NCBI GenBank assembly: GCA_002245135.1
Contig: NGBS01000604.1
Location: 1 to 64,000 of the forward strand
Origin: Proteromonas lacertae
Lineage: Eukaryota
Direction of reading: 5' to 3'
Length of the DNA: 64,000 nt
Shown one piece after another: positions 1 through 12,296 of the stretch. The notes beneath the pieces were generated by a model that saw only the letters and a program-made list of their open reading frames with translations, was not told the DNA's origin and did not search any database. The number at the start of each line of letters is the position of its first letter. Within the stretch, counting starts at the first letter, position 1. Made by a program: the position numbers and the translations under genes.

Positions 1-450
1 CATAAACCTAACACTTAGTAAAAATCATTATTTTAAATATACGGAGAGAATGATTCTAGGCCAACCGAATGGATTTGTTGATCGAAATGTTATATCTATA
101 GGGAAATTCCATACAAATCTACTATCTTCACTACTTGTTGTTCTTCTTGAATATTGGCTTATTCCATCTTCTAAACCCTATTTATAGTGCAATATAATGC
201 TAATCATATGTCATACTGTCAAAACTTGCCAATCTTGACCATATACATAACTGTATTTACAATTAATACAATTTGAATCGTATAGCTAATTTTACATTTA
301 ATAAATTCAAATATATACTTTCTTACCATAATTGACTTGTCCATTCACAATTACTTGAAAATGTGAACGAATTCCATCTCTATATATTCGTTAATTGTTA
401 AAAATATACTGCTCCACACCAAGCTGTGGTTTAGCTGCTAATGTTGCCAT
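1..450 (-). CDS. B9D1: B9 domain protein 1 (ciliary transition-zone MKS module); 3' end runs off the window
   Basis: Manual splicing from ATG 450 over four short introns gives ...[65 protein letters not shown], matching the B9D1 signature. Not in the ORF track. Confidence 0.9.
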
Positions 451-536
451 TATAAGTTATTAAAAACAATTTAAAATTCAAAATAATTTGATTCTCTTTA
501 AAAGGCTTGAGTTTTTTTAGATTTTATAATTGATTT

Positions 537-1976
537 ATGTCATCGATGCATGATTTAAGTGAACTAAATCCACTTTCACCAGATATTATGGCTAAACAAG
601 CAACTATTAATATTGGTATAATAGAAATAGATTTCATTTATAGGAACAATCGGCCATGTATCTCACGGTAAGTCAACTGTAGTAAAAGCTATTACTGGAT
701 TTCAAGTACAAATTAAATTCGATAATATTTAAATAGACTATTCGTTTCAGAAAAGAATTAGAAAGAAATATCACTATAAAGTTAGGATATGCTAATGCTA
801 AAATATTCAAATGTGATAATCCAGAATGTCCACCGTATAAATGAATAAATATGATAAATAGACCCTCTTGTTACAAATCTTTTGGCAGTTCAATGAATAC
901 AGATCCAAAATGCCACAAGAGAAGGATGTGGAGGTACAATGCGTTTGCAGAGACATGTTTCCTTTGTTGATTGTCCCGGACACGAGATATATATGGCACA
1001 ATGTTGAATGGAGCAGCTGTAATGGATGCTGCTTTACTGTTAATAGCAGCAAATGAAACTTGTCCACAACCACAAACATCCGAGCATTTAGCTGCTGTAG
1101 AAATAATTGAAATTAAAACACATATTAATTTTACAAAACAAAATCGATTTAGTTCGAAAAGATGCTGCAATGGAACAATATAATGCAATTCGTCGATTTG
1201 TAGATGGTACTGAAGCAGCCAGTGCTCCAATAATTCCAATAAGCGCCGTGCTAAAGTATAATATTGATGTAGTATGTCAATATATTGTTGAATCAATTCC
1301 AATTCCTCCTCGTGATTTTACAAGTGCTGGTCGATTAATAATAATCCGTAGTTTTGATGTAAATCGTCCAGGTATCTCTATAGATGATTTGAAAGGTGGA
1401 GTAGCTGGTGGTAGTTTAATGAAAGGTGTATTACGAGTAGGAGATGAAATAGAAATTCGACCTGGAAGAGTTGAAATTAATAACAAAGGAGGATTTACCA
1501 TTATTCCAATTTATACAAAAATAATATCATTATTTGCTGAACAGAATTCATTAGATATTGCTATACCTGGTGGTTTAATAGGTGTTGGTACAAATATTGA
1601 TCCAAGTCTGTCAATTAATGATAGATTGGTTGGGAAAAACTTAGGAATAGTTGGAACATTGCCAAAAATATATACTGAAATAGAAATCAGTTATTATTTG
1701 CTGAGGAGAGTGTTAGGTGTGAAAGATAGTGAAAATAATTCAAAAAAGAACAAAGTTCAAGGTTTCAAAAATAGAGAATTTCTAACATTGAATATTGGTT
1801 GTGTAACTAGTACTGCTACAATTATAACCTTTGATAAATCAAAAGTTAGAATAAAGCTACAAAAACCTGTGTGCGCTGAAATTGGTGAAAAAGTAGCTAT
1901 TAATCGTTATTTAAACAAGCATTGGAGATTAATTGGTTGGGGTTTGTTATTACGAGGTAATGAAGTGGTTATTTAG
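537..1976 (+). CDS. EIF2S3: Translation initiation factor eIF2 gamma subunit (three apparent 1-nt indels at ~914, ~998, ~1107)
   Basis: [64 protein letters not shown]; three short introns in the 5' part. Confidence 0.93.
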
Positions 1977-2132
1977 TTAATTAAGGATAATAATTTAATT
2001 GTATTAATTGTAACAATGTTATATTGTTGTTTCTTTTGCTTTTAATAGCAATAATGGTTGAAATATTTCAATAAGTTTGAAGAGAATGTTTGATAATTCA
2101 AATAATATATTCGTTTCGTTTTTCGTTTTTTT

Positions 2133-4091
2133 ATGAGTTTGATTGATCAAAAGAATTCTACCTTAAAAAAACTTCAGAGAATTGAAGGCTCATTGAAAGA
2201 AATAGGAATTGATGCAGAAAAACTAAAGAATGCAATAAATGAAAATACTGAAGAAAGAGAAGAGTTAGAAGTGTTAGAATACTTTAAGAACAATAAATTG
2301 AGTGAATTAGGAAATAAAACAGTGAATGAGATATTCAAATACTTTGATTTGTTTAATAAAGGAGTTTTAAATGAAGAATCATATGAAGATATTCTAATAG
2401 CAATAAAGAAGAGTGTGACACTAATAAAATTAGATGAAGAGGAAGAAAAAGAAGATAGTGTGAGTGAAAATGAAAATGAAGTGATAAGCCGTAGTGAAAA
2501 TGAAGGTATATTATATAATCTAATACTAATGAATAGAATTGAAATTTCCAATAAATATAAAAGAATTTACAGAATATATAACAAGTGTTTATAATAACAA
2601 TAATCGAGATTTAATGAAGTTAACATTGTATTTAGATATAAAAATAGATAATGAAACAATTCATTCAAATGCTGAATCATCCAGAATAAAGTCTCTAAAA
2701 GACAGTAACAATAACAATAATCCAAATAATAAAAGAAGATGTATATATTATTATTTAATAACATAGTTACAATGAATATTCCAGGAATTAATTCAACCAA
2801 ATCTGAGTTAATGAATATAAAAGGAGGAAATAAAAAGAAAGAAAGTGAATGGTATTTAATAAGTGCAATATCTAAAGTAGGAAATGAAATAACCAAATAT
2901 TGGAATAAATATATAAATGGATTAAACTACTTACATGAAATAATTCCAAATGTAATAAAATATAATAAATTAAAAGGAATAAGTTTAAATAATAATAACA
3001 TGTGTAAAAATCCATATAAAAAATGAAATAGGAGTATTATTGAAGAGTGGATTTGAGATGAATTTGAAACTAAAAAATAACAATGAAAAGAATTATAACA
3101 ATATTGTAAAGCATTTAAATATAACCAAAGAAATAAAAGAAGATATAATGATAATGAAATTATCCTTTGGATATAGAGAAGGAACAAATAAAACAAGACA
3201 ACAGAAGTGTGTAGCTGCTTTACAAAACATATGTGATAATTATTTATTATACAGTTTGAAGAATATAGATGAATTTGTGAAATATATAATAATAAATGAG
3301 AATAATGGAGAAAGTGGTGATAAGAATGATATGTTGAGAGTTTATATAATAATGAATCACAATATGAATAAATATATGGAATATAAAGAGTTTCCAAAAT
3401 TGAATGAAATAATGAAAGAATTTGAATTGAAGATAAAAAGTTCATTTTCTTTTTCAAGTATTTATATATTTATATATTATTATTATTTTGTTATAGATTT
3501 ATTTGATTTAACTAGAGAAAATACAATAAACAATGATTGTCAAGTATGGTTAGATTTAAATATCCAAATGAATATTGGTTTAATAAACAACATATTACGA
3601 ATCATGTTGAAAGACAAAATGAATGATAGTTTGTTGAATAATGTGTTGAAATGGTTAAGTGAGAAGAATGAAGTGTGTAGTTTTATAAGTGTATATTATT
3701 ATATATATATATTATATATTAGTCATTGAATTTCGATTTAAAAAGTGAGAATCTGTTAGAAATAGTAGAAAATAATCGATTTGTAAAAGAATATTTGAAT
3801 AGTAAAGATTATGAAAGAATGAAAAAATGTATAAATGAGAATGAATATTTGTTGAATATATTCGAAGAAATCTATACTAAATTTTATGAATGTTTAAAAT
3901 TAATGCATGAGAAAGTTCGAAAAGGAATAGCAAGTCCAAAAGAGCGAAGTTTATATAATAACTATTTATGTTTATTAAGTGATTTAAATGATTTAAGTGG
4001 AATAGAAATAATAAATAAAGAGAATATGTTGTTTATGAAAATGAGTGGATGTGAAATATTCAGTTTATTACCAAGAAGTATAGATACATAA
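2133..4091 (+). CDS. Hypothetical multi-exon protein with N-terminal coiled coil
   Basis: Consecutive + strand ORFs separated by GTA...TAG introns; no recognisable domain. Confidence 0.6.
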
Positions 4092-4671
4092 AAATAATGA
4101 AAATATTCATATGCTTTTGTTTATTAGAGTGATTTTAATCTACTTAAATAGAATCTGTAAATGTATAAAAATCAAAAAATAATACAAAAAACTTGATATT
4201 TCATTTTTTGTTTTATCTGCTTCTTGTTGTTGTTCTGTTGTTTAGAATTTGATAAAATAATGATATTAGTATTTGGTTTATTGAGTATAAAATAATATGA
4301 AAATAGAAGAAAGAATTGATGATAAAAATGAAAATGGGATTGGAATGCATTTTTGTGATTGTATATATAATGTGATATTTAATTATGAATTCTTAGTTTA
4401 AATGAAAGATGGAGGAATGAATAATGTAAAAAAATTAATTTAGATTGCATGAAATATAATGATTATAGTTTTAGTGAATGATTTAACTTCAACTGAAACA
4501 AATACATTTTCAAAATGTTTTAAAATACTTTCCAATTTTAATTGATGGAACTATTTCTGTATTATTTTCAATTCACAGGAATAGCATTTTAGTAATTTAG
4601 TTGTATTTATTCAGAATAACACAAAAATATCTCAATCATAACGACTATATTTTGAAACAAAACACAATTTT

Positions 4672-7201
4672 ATGAGTAATTCTAATAAACCTTCAAGTAT
4701 TTATGTAGTATATATTTTTATTCATTCGATGTAGAAAAGAAGAAGAATAGAAGTAGATTCGAAAGAGAATGAAGAAGCAATTGAACAACTTGTAGAAAGC
4801 TACAACTCTAAACCTGATGAAGAAGTATTATCAAAGTTGCTGATGATGAAGTTAAACAAAAATGATGATTCCATTCAAACTAAGCTGAAATTTCAGATAA
4901 ATCACCACTGTAAAGAAGATGCTGAGTGTTACTTAGATAAAATGATATTTGATATTTACTCATATTATGGTGGTGTTATAATTATTCATTCAAGTTGTAT
5001 TTGTTATTGTGAAGAAGGATTGAATTACTTCATGAGAATATTGAAACTTATCAATCCAGCAAACTTAAAATTTGGAAAGGATCCCAAGAATAATGATGTT
5101 TTCGAAGAGCACTATAATCATATTGATATTCCAATTCAATATTATTCTTTATTTGGATCATTTTTTTCACAGTTAACAAATTTAGAAAAATTGGATTTGT
5201 CATGGTGTAATTTTACTTCTCATTTCATTGAATCATTTGTTAAATCAATTCCATTGATGAAATTGAAATATGTTGATCTTCAGTGTATATATATTTTCTT
5301 TTTATTCTTTTGAAATAGCTAATCGAATTGGTGTGAAAGGATTCAAATCATTACTTCCATATTTACATTTACTGATCAACGACAAAAATGAATTAAATCT
5401 TTTTAACATGAATTTAAATGATGAATCAATGATATTATTATCTGAAGAGTTATACAAATATCCAAATCCTGAGAGTATATGTATTGCAGAAAACAAGAAT
5501 ATTCATTCAAAAGGATTAAAAGCCTTATCCTCCAAATTTCCAATTTCAAAGATTAAATTTGATTTTAATAAAGAGAGTATGGAAATGTTAGTTGATAAAG
5601 AATTAATTGGATTGATGAATGATGATGTATTAAATGTGAGTAATTGTGAAATTGATGATGATTTTTTCAAATCATTCATTTCATTAAGATCAGATGAATT
5701 CGAAATAATCTGGAGATTAGATTTGAACAGTATAATTTGATATTTTTATATTATTTAGATAATAAACTAACATACAAAAGTATAGAAATACTGATTAACA
5801 ATTTATCTTCATTTACAAGTCTTGAAGAACTTCAATTGAATGGAAATGAGATAGGAGATGAAGGAATGAAAATATTATCTCCATATTTACATTTATTAAA
5901 AGATGGTATTATTAATAAAATCAATTGTTCAAGTATTATTATTATTATGATATTATTTGTAATAGAAATGGGATTATCTTCAATTGGATTAAAGTATTTG
6001 TTAGATGGTTTAAAGAAAATTCCTCATGATAATGAAGGTGATGAGTTGACTAGATTCTTTATGAACGAATTAAAAGTAAATAATGAAGAAGAAGATGATG
6101 ATATAGATAATTTCTATTCAGTTGATATAAGTAATAATAATATAGATTCAGAAGGAATAGAATATTTGATGAATTATATGAAAGAAAATGATAATATTAA
6201 TGAATTGAATATTCAAAGTATATTTATGGTAGTTTTTAATTTGTTTAATAGATAATCCAATTGGTAATGCTGGATTTAAGCTATTAATAAACAATTTAGA
6301 CATGTTATTAGAAAATTATTTAAATAAAATTGATTTAACCATCATCTCAATAGATGATGAAAGTGTGATATTATTAGCTGATAAGATAGATTCAATTTCT
6401 AATTGCAACACAATAAACTTAAGTGGAAATAATATCAGAATGAATGGATTAAAATCAATTTGTTCCAAAACATTAGAAAAAGAAGAATATCCATTTATTA
6501 AAATGAATAATAAATCATGGAGAAAAGAAGAATGTGAATATTATTTGAATTATTGTATTAAAAAGAAAAGAAAAGACAATAAATACTATTATTTTTCGAG
6601 TATATTATGTGTGTTTATAATGAAATAGATTTAAATGTGAATGATTCTCATATTTCATTAATAAAACAGATTGATTATAAATATCTTGATATATCCAATA
6701 ACAAGATTAGTTGTAATGGATTAAAAGAATTAACAGATTCTTTTCCAAAAGATGCTGAATATATCTCAATTCATAATAATGAAATTGGAGATGAAGGAAT
6801 AGAGATAATATGTAAATATTTAGATAAATTTATTTATTCTATATCATCATTAAACATCTCAAGTATTTAAAATTCTGTATTGTATTGTATTGTATATAGA
6901 AATTGGAATGAGTGAAAAAGGATTGATGATGTTAATAGAAAGATTAAAAGATAATATACCATTGACAAATATAAATTTATCAGGAAATGAATTAGATGAA
7001 AGAGAATTGAGATTAATGAAAGAAAACAAAGAAGTATTTGAAGATTTAGAAAAATTATCAATAACATTAAAAGAAGATATAGATAAATCAGAATTAAAAT
7101 CATTTTTAGAAACATTTACATCAATTGGTATAATAGAGCTGGATGGGATAGAAGAAGAAGAAAAGGGAGAACTATCAAAAGAATATTTGAATGTTAAATA
7201 A
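4672..7201 (+). CDS. LRR family copy A: RI-like LRR protein without the kinase domain
   Basis: ATG 4672, 30-nt intron 4705-4734, then ESYNSKPDEEVLSKLLMMK (homologous to the linker of copy B) and LxxLxLxxNxI repeats. From ~6124 it is near-identical to copy B. Confidence 0.8.
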
Positions 7202-7771
7202 TTCAAATATTAGTTGTTTTACTCTATTATTCTTTTATTTGTTAATAATGAAAATGTTTATCATACTATATAATACATATTTTCATTATCTCAGTTGATA
7301 TTAAATACTTTCTATACTGTTTTTATCAAATTATTCAAAATACATTATCAAACCATGATCAAGCCTATATAATTTTCATTTGAGTTTAAAATGTGAATGA
7401 AAGAGATTGGTGACTGAATTTATGAATGTGATAAGGTGATTAAGTATCCAGATGAAGAAGATATATATAAAGTGTGTTTAGTAAAACAATTCGTTGAAAG
7501 AGTGTAAAGAAAAGAAATAACTCATTGTAGAAATTGTTGATTGTTTAGTTAATAGAAATATGTGGATTAATATAATAGAAGAAGAAAAGAGACAAATAAT
7601 TATGAAAATGTTGACTATTTTATATTATAGTAGTAATTGAATTATATGAGAATTGAATATATAGTCTAAGAGATTTAAATCTTCCAGAAAGATTAACAGA
7701 AAAAGTCAATAGAATAATGAAATGAGTGATATAGATTTTATAGATTGTATATTATTTAAATCCTAAATCAT

Positions 7772-7962
7772 AATTTCCAGAATTATCTCCAACAGCAACT
7801 GAAGCAAGTAAAGTATCAACAGAAAGTGCTTGGGCAGTAGGTAATGTAGAAGGAGTTGAATTAGAAATAGATGAAAATACAAATGAAGCTGAAGTATTTA
7901 ATAATACGATGAAGAAAACAAACAAATTTGCTTTAAAAAAGAAACATCCATTAAATATCTAA
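7772..7962 (+). pseudogene. Captured 3' fragment of the gene at 50577-51285
   Basis: Near-identical to 51095-51285 (FPELSPTATEASKVSTESAW...HPLNI*); no 5' part. Confidence 0.9.
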
Positions 7963-8100
7963 TATTTTCCTTTAATTTACTTGTTGAAGTTGTTTTTCAA
8001 GTGTTAATAAACATGAATATAATAAACAAATATTGTGTAAGAATGATTTCTGTGTATGTAAATAAAAAATTCCATAAATGAAACGACTCAATATTTTGAA

Positions 8101-11100
8101 ATGTTGCATTTGATAGATAAAGTGTTATATGCTAAATTAGCATGTGATATGAAAGTATTATAATTAATTTATTTTTATTAGGAGAAAGAGAGAATAGAAA
8201 GAAGTGTTAATGAGTTAGATTTAGTTGTAGAATATGAAACTGATATTCAAAAGTTGAAAGTGTTTAATGTATGTGAAATGAAAGAGAAACAAATATTAAA
8301 ATTGTTAGAGAATAAGTGTTTGTTGTTAGTTTGTTGTTCCTCCTTCATTTGTCGATATAGAGTGTATGATATGAATGATTATGGTGAATATATGATATAT
8401 TGTAGAGAATATTACAGTAGAGACTTGAAAGAGATAGTTTCTAAAAATTGTTTATGTGTGAATGAAATATGTGATATAATAAATTCAATATGTGATGATG
8501 TAATGGTATTGAATGAAAATGAGATTGTAGTAGGTACTTTGAAGAGTAGTAATGTGATATATGAAGAGAATGGTATTTTAAAGTTATGTGATTTATGTTT
8601 GAATGAAATAAGAAAAGAAGAAGATATGAGATTGTATGATATATGCTTCACAAGTCCAGAAGAATTGAATGGATATGAATGTGATGAAGGAAGTGTGATT
8701 TGGTCAATTGGGTGTATATTATATGAAATGATGTTTAATAAATTACCATTTTCAGAAGATAATAATATGTTTAAAACAAGAGAGAATATTGTGAGATGTA
8801 AATACAATATAGATGTAGAATGTGATGATAGAATGAAAGAGATGATATATAGAATGTTGAAAGTGAAGAATGAAGATAGAATGAGTTTGAAAGAGTTGAA
8901 GAAAGAAATGATAAAAAAGAGTGAAATATTGATAGATGAAAGTGATAATATGATGATATGTGAAGAAAGAAAAGAAATGTTATTAAATAATGATAATACA
9001 ATTGTTAGACTTCCAATAACATATCCATCAAAATATTATATTGAAAGTGAAAAAAGAGAAGTGATTAGAGATAAATTGATAGAATCCTACAATATTCAAC
9101 CAAATGAAAGAATATTGTCAATATTATTGATGATGAAAATGTACAAAGAAGATAATTCAATTGAAAATAGATTGAAATATCAAATACATCATAAATGTAA
9201 ATATGGAGAATGTAATTTAGATGAGATAATATTTAAGATAAAAAGTGATTATTCAGATAAAGAAATGATGGAAATAGAATCATATTGTATATGTTTGTGT
9301 GAAGAAGGAATGAATTATTTATTTAGAATATTGAGAAAAATCAATCCAACTAAGCTGTTATTTTGTATTTTTCTATATATTGTTATTTGTATAGACTTTA
9401 TTCAAATACCAATTATTCATCAATCATTATTTGGATCATATTTGACTGGATTATCAAATCTACAAACATTATATTTATCAAGTTGTAATCATACTTCCTA
9501 TTTCATTGAATCATTTGTTAAATCAATTCCATTAATGAAATTGAAATATTTAGATCTTTCATGTATTTATAATCATATTGTTATTCTATGAAATAGCTAA
9601 TCGAATTGGTGTGAAAGGATTTAAATTGTTACTTCCATATTTGAATTTATTAATCAACAAAGATAATGAATTGGATCTTAGAGGAATGAAATTAAATGAT
9701 GAATGTATGATGTTATTATCATCAGAATTATATAAATATCCAAATCTTAAGAACATCAATATTAGAGAAAACCAAAACATTCATTCAATAGGATTAAAAG
9801 CCTTATTCTCCAAATTTCCAGTCTCAAAAATAGAATTTGATTTTAATAGAAGTAAAGAAATACTGATTGATAAAGACATTCCTGAATTATTCAAATATAT
9901 AAACCTATGCAATGAATTATATCTGATTAATTTAGAAATTGATGATGATATTATCAAAACATTCATTTCATTAAGATCAAATGAATTGAAAGAAATAGAA
10001 GTGTTATATTTGCGTTGTAAAATTTAATATTTTTATTATTATATAGATAATAAACTAACATATAAAAGTATAGAGATATTGATAAACAATTTATTTTCAT
10101 TTTCAAACCTTAAATATCTCAAATTAAATGAAAATGAAATAGGAGATGAAGGAATGAAAATATTATCTCCACATATACATTTATTAAGTTATATTGATGA
10201 GATTAATTGTTCAAGTATAAATACTATCTTTTTAATATTCAATAGAAATGGGATTATCTTCAATTGGATTGAAATATTTATTAGATGGTTTAAAGAGTAT
10301 TCATCAAAAGATCAGATTGGATATAAGTAATAATAATATAGATTCAGAAGGAATAGAATATTTGATGAATTATGTGAAAGAGAATGATATTATTAATGAA
10401 TTGAATATTCAAAGTATATTTATGGTAGTTTTTAATTTGTTTAATAGATAATCCAATTGGTAATGCTGGATTTAAGCTATTAATAAACAATTTAGACATG
10501 TTATTAGAAAATTATTTAAATAAAATTGATTTAACCATCATCTCAATAGATGATGAAAGTGTGATATTATTAGCTGATAAGATAGATTCAATTTCTAATT
10601 GCAACACAATAAACTTAAGTGGAAATAATATCAGAATGAATGGATTAAAATCAATTTGTTCCAAAACATTAGAAAAAGAAGAATATCCATTTATTAAAAT
10701 GAATAATAAAACATGGAGAAAAGAAGAATGTGAATATTATTTGGATTATTGTATTAAAAAGAAAAGAAAAGACAATAAATACTATTATTTTTCGAGTATA
10801 TTATGTGTGTTTATAATGAAATAGATTTAAATGTGAATGATTCTCATATTTCATTAATAAAACAGATTGATTATAAATGTCTTGATATATCCAATAACAA
10901 GATTAGTTGTAATGGATTGAAAGAATTAACAGATTCTTTTCCAAAAGATGTTGAATATATCTCAATTCATAATAATGAAATTGGAGATGAAGGAATAGAG
11001 ATAATATGTAAATATTTAGATAAATTCTTCATGTTTTCATCATTAAACATCTCAAGTATTTAAAATTCTGTATTGTATTGTATTGTATATAGAAATTGTG

Positions 11101-11394
11101 ATGAGTGAAAAAGGATTGATGATGTTAATAGAAAGATTAAAAGATAATATACCATTGACAAATATAAATTTATCAGGAAATGAATTAGATGAAAAAGAAT
11201 TGAGATTAATGAAAGAAAACAAAGAAGTATTTGAAGATTTAGAAAAATTATCAATAACATTAAAAGAAGATATAGATAAATCAGAATTAAAATCATTTTT
11301 AGAAACATTTACATCAATTGGTATAATAGAGCTGGATGGGATAGAAGAAGAAGAAAAGGGAGAACTATCAAAAGAATATTTGAATGTTAAATAA
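8101..11394 (+). CDS. LRR family copy B: N-terminal pseudokinase, linker and RI-like LRRs
   Basis: ATG 8101; introns 8155-8181, 9365-9394, 9563-9596, 10017-10046, 10215-10245, 10414-10447, 10796-10824 and 11056-11092 splice into one frame. Kinase-like LKSSN, SPE, WSIGCILYEM..LPF. Confidence 0.88.
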
Positions 11395-11967
11395 TTCAAA
11401 TATTAGTTGTTTTACTCTATTATTCTTTTATTTGTTAATAATAATGAAAATGTTTATCATACTATATAATACATATTTTCATTATCTCAGTTGATATTAA
11501 ATACTTTCTATACTGTTTTTATCAAATTATTCAAAATACATTATCAAACCATGATCAAGCCTATATAATTTTCATTTGAGATTAAAATGTGAATGAAAGA
11601 GATTGGTGACTGAATTTATGAATGTGGTGAAGTAATTGAGTATCCAGATGAAGAAGATATATATAAAGTGTGTTTAGTAAAACAATTCGTTGAAAGAGTG
11701 TAAAGAAAAGAAATAAATCATTGTAGAAATTGTTGATTGTTTAGTTAATAGAAATATGTGGATTAATATAATAGAAGAAGAAAAGAGACAAATAATTATG
11801 AAAATGTTGACTATTTTATATTATAGTAGTAATTGAATTATATGAGAATTGAATATATAGTCTAAGAGATTTAAATCTTCCAGAAAGATTAACAGAAAAA
11901 GTCAATAGAATAATGAAATGAGTGATATAGATTTTATAGATTGTATATTATTTAAATCCTAAATCAT

Positions 11968-12158
11968 AATTTCCAGAATTATCTCCAACAGCAACTGAAG
12001 CAAGTAAAGTATCAACAGAAAGTGCTTGGGCAGTAGGTAATGTAGAAGGAGTTGAATTAGAAATAGATGAAAATACAAATGAAGCTGAAGTATTTAATAA
12101 TACGATGAAGAAAACAAACAAATTTGCTTTAAAAAAGAAACATCCATTAAATATCTAA
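11968..12158 (+). pseudogene. Second captured 3' fragment of the gene at 50577-51285
   Basis: Same sequence as 7772-7962. Confidence 0.9.
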
Positions 12159-12296
12159 TATTTTCCTTTAATTTACTTGTTGAAGTTGTTTTTCAAGTGT
12201 TAATAAACATGAATATAATAAACAAATATTGTGTAAGAATGATTTCTGTGTATGTAAATAAAAAATTCCATAAATGAAACGACTCAATATTTTGAA

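Noticed and set aside
4092..4660. Possible gene or ncRNA in the long spacer before copy A
   Set aside because: No spliceable ORF or recognisable RNA structure; no tRNA or rRNA was recognised anywhere in the window.
11069..11088. (TATTG)n length variation in the last LRR intron as a phase-variation switch
   Set aside because: It is intronic with splice sites intact, so there is no frame effect.
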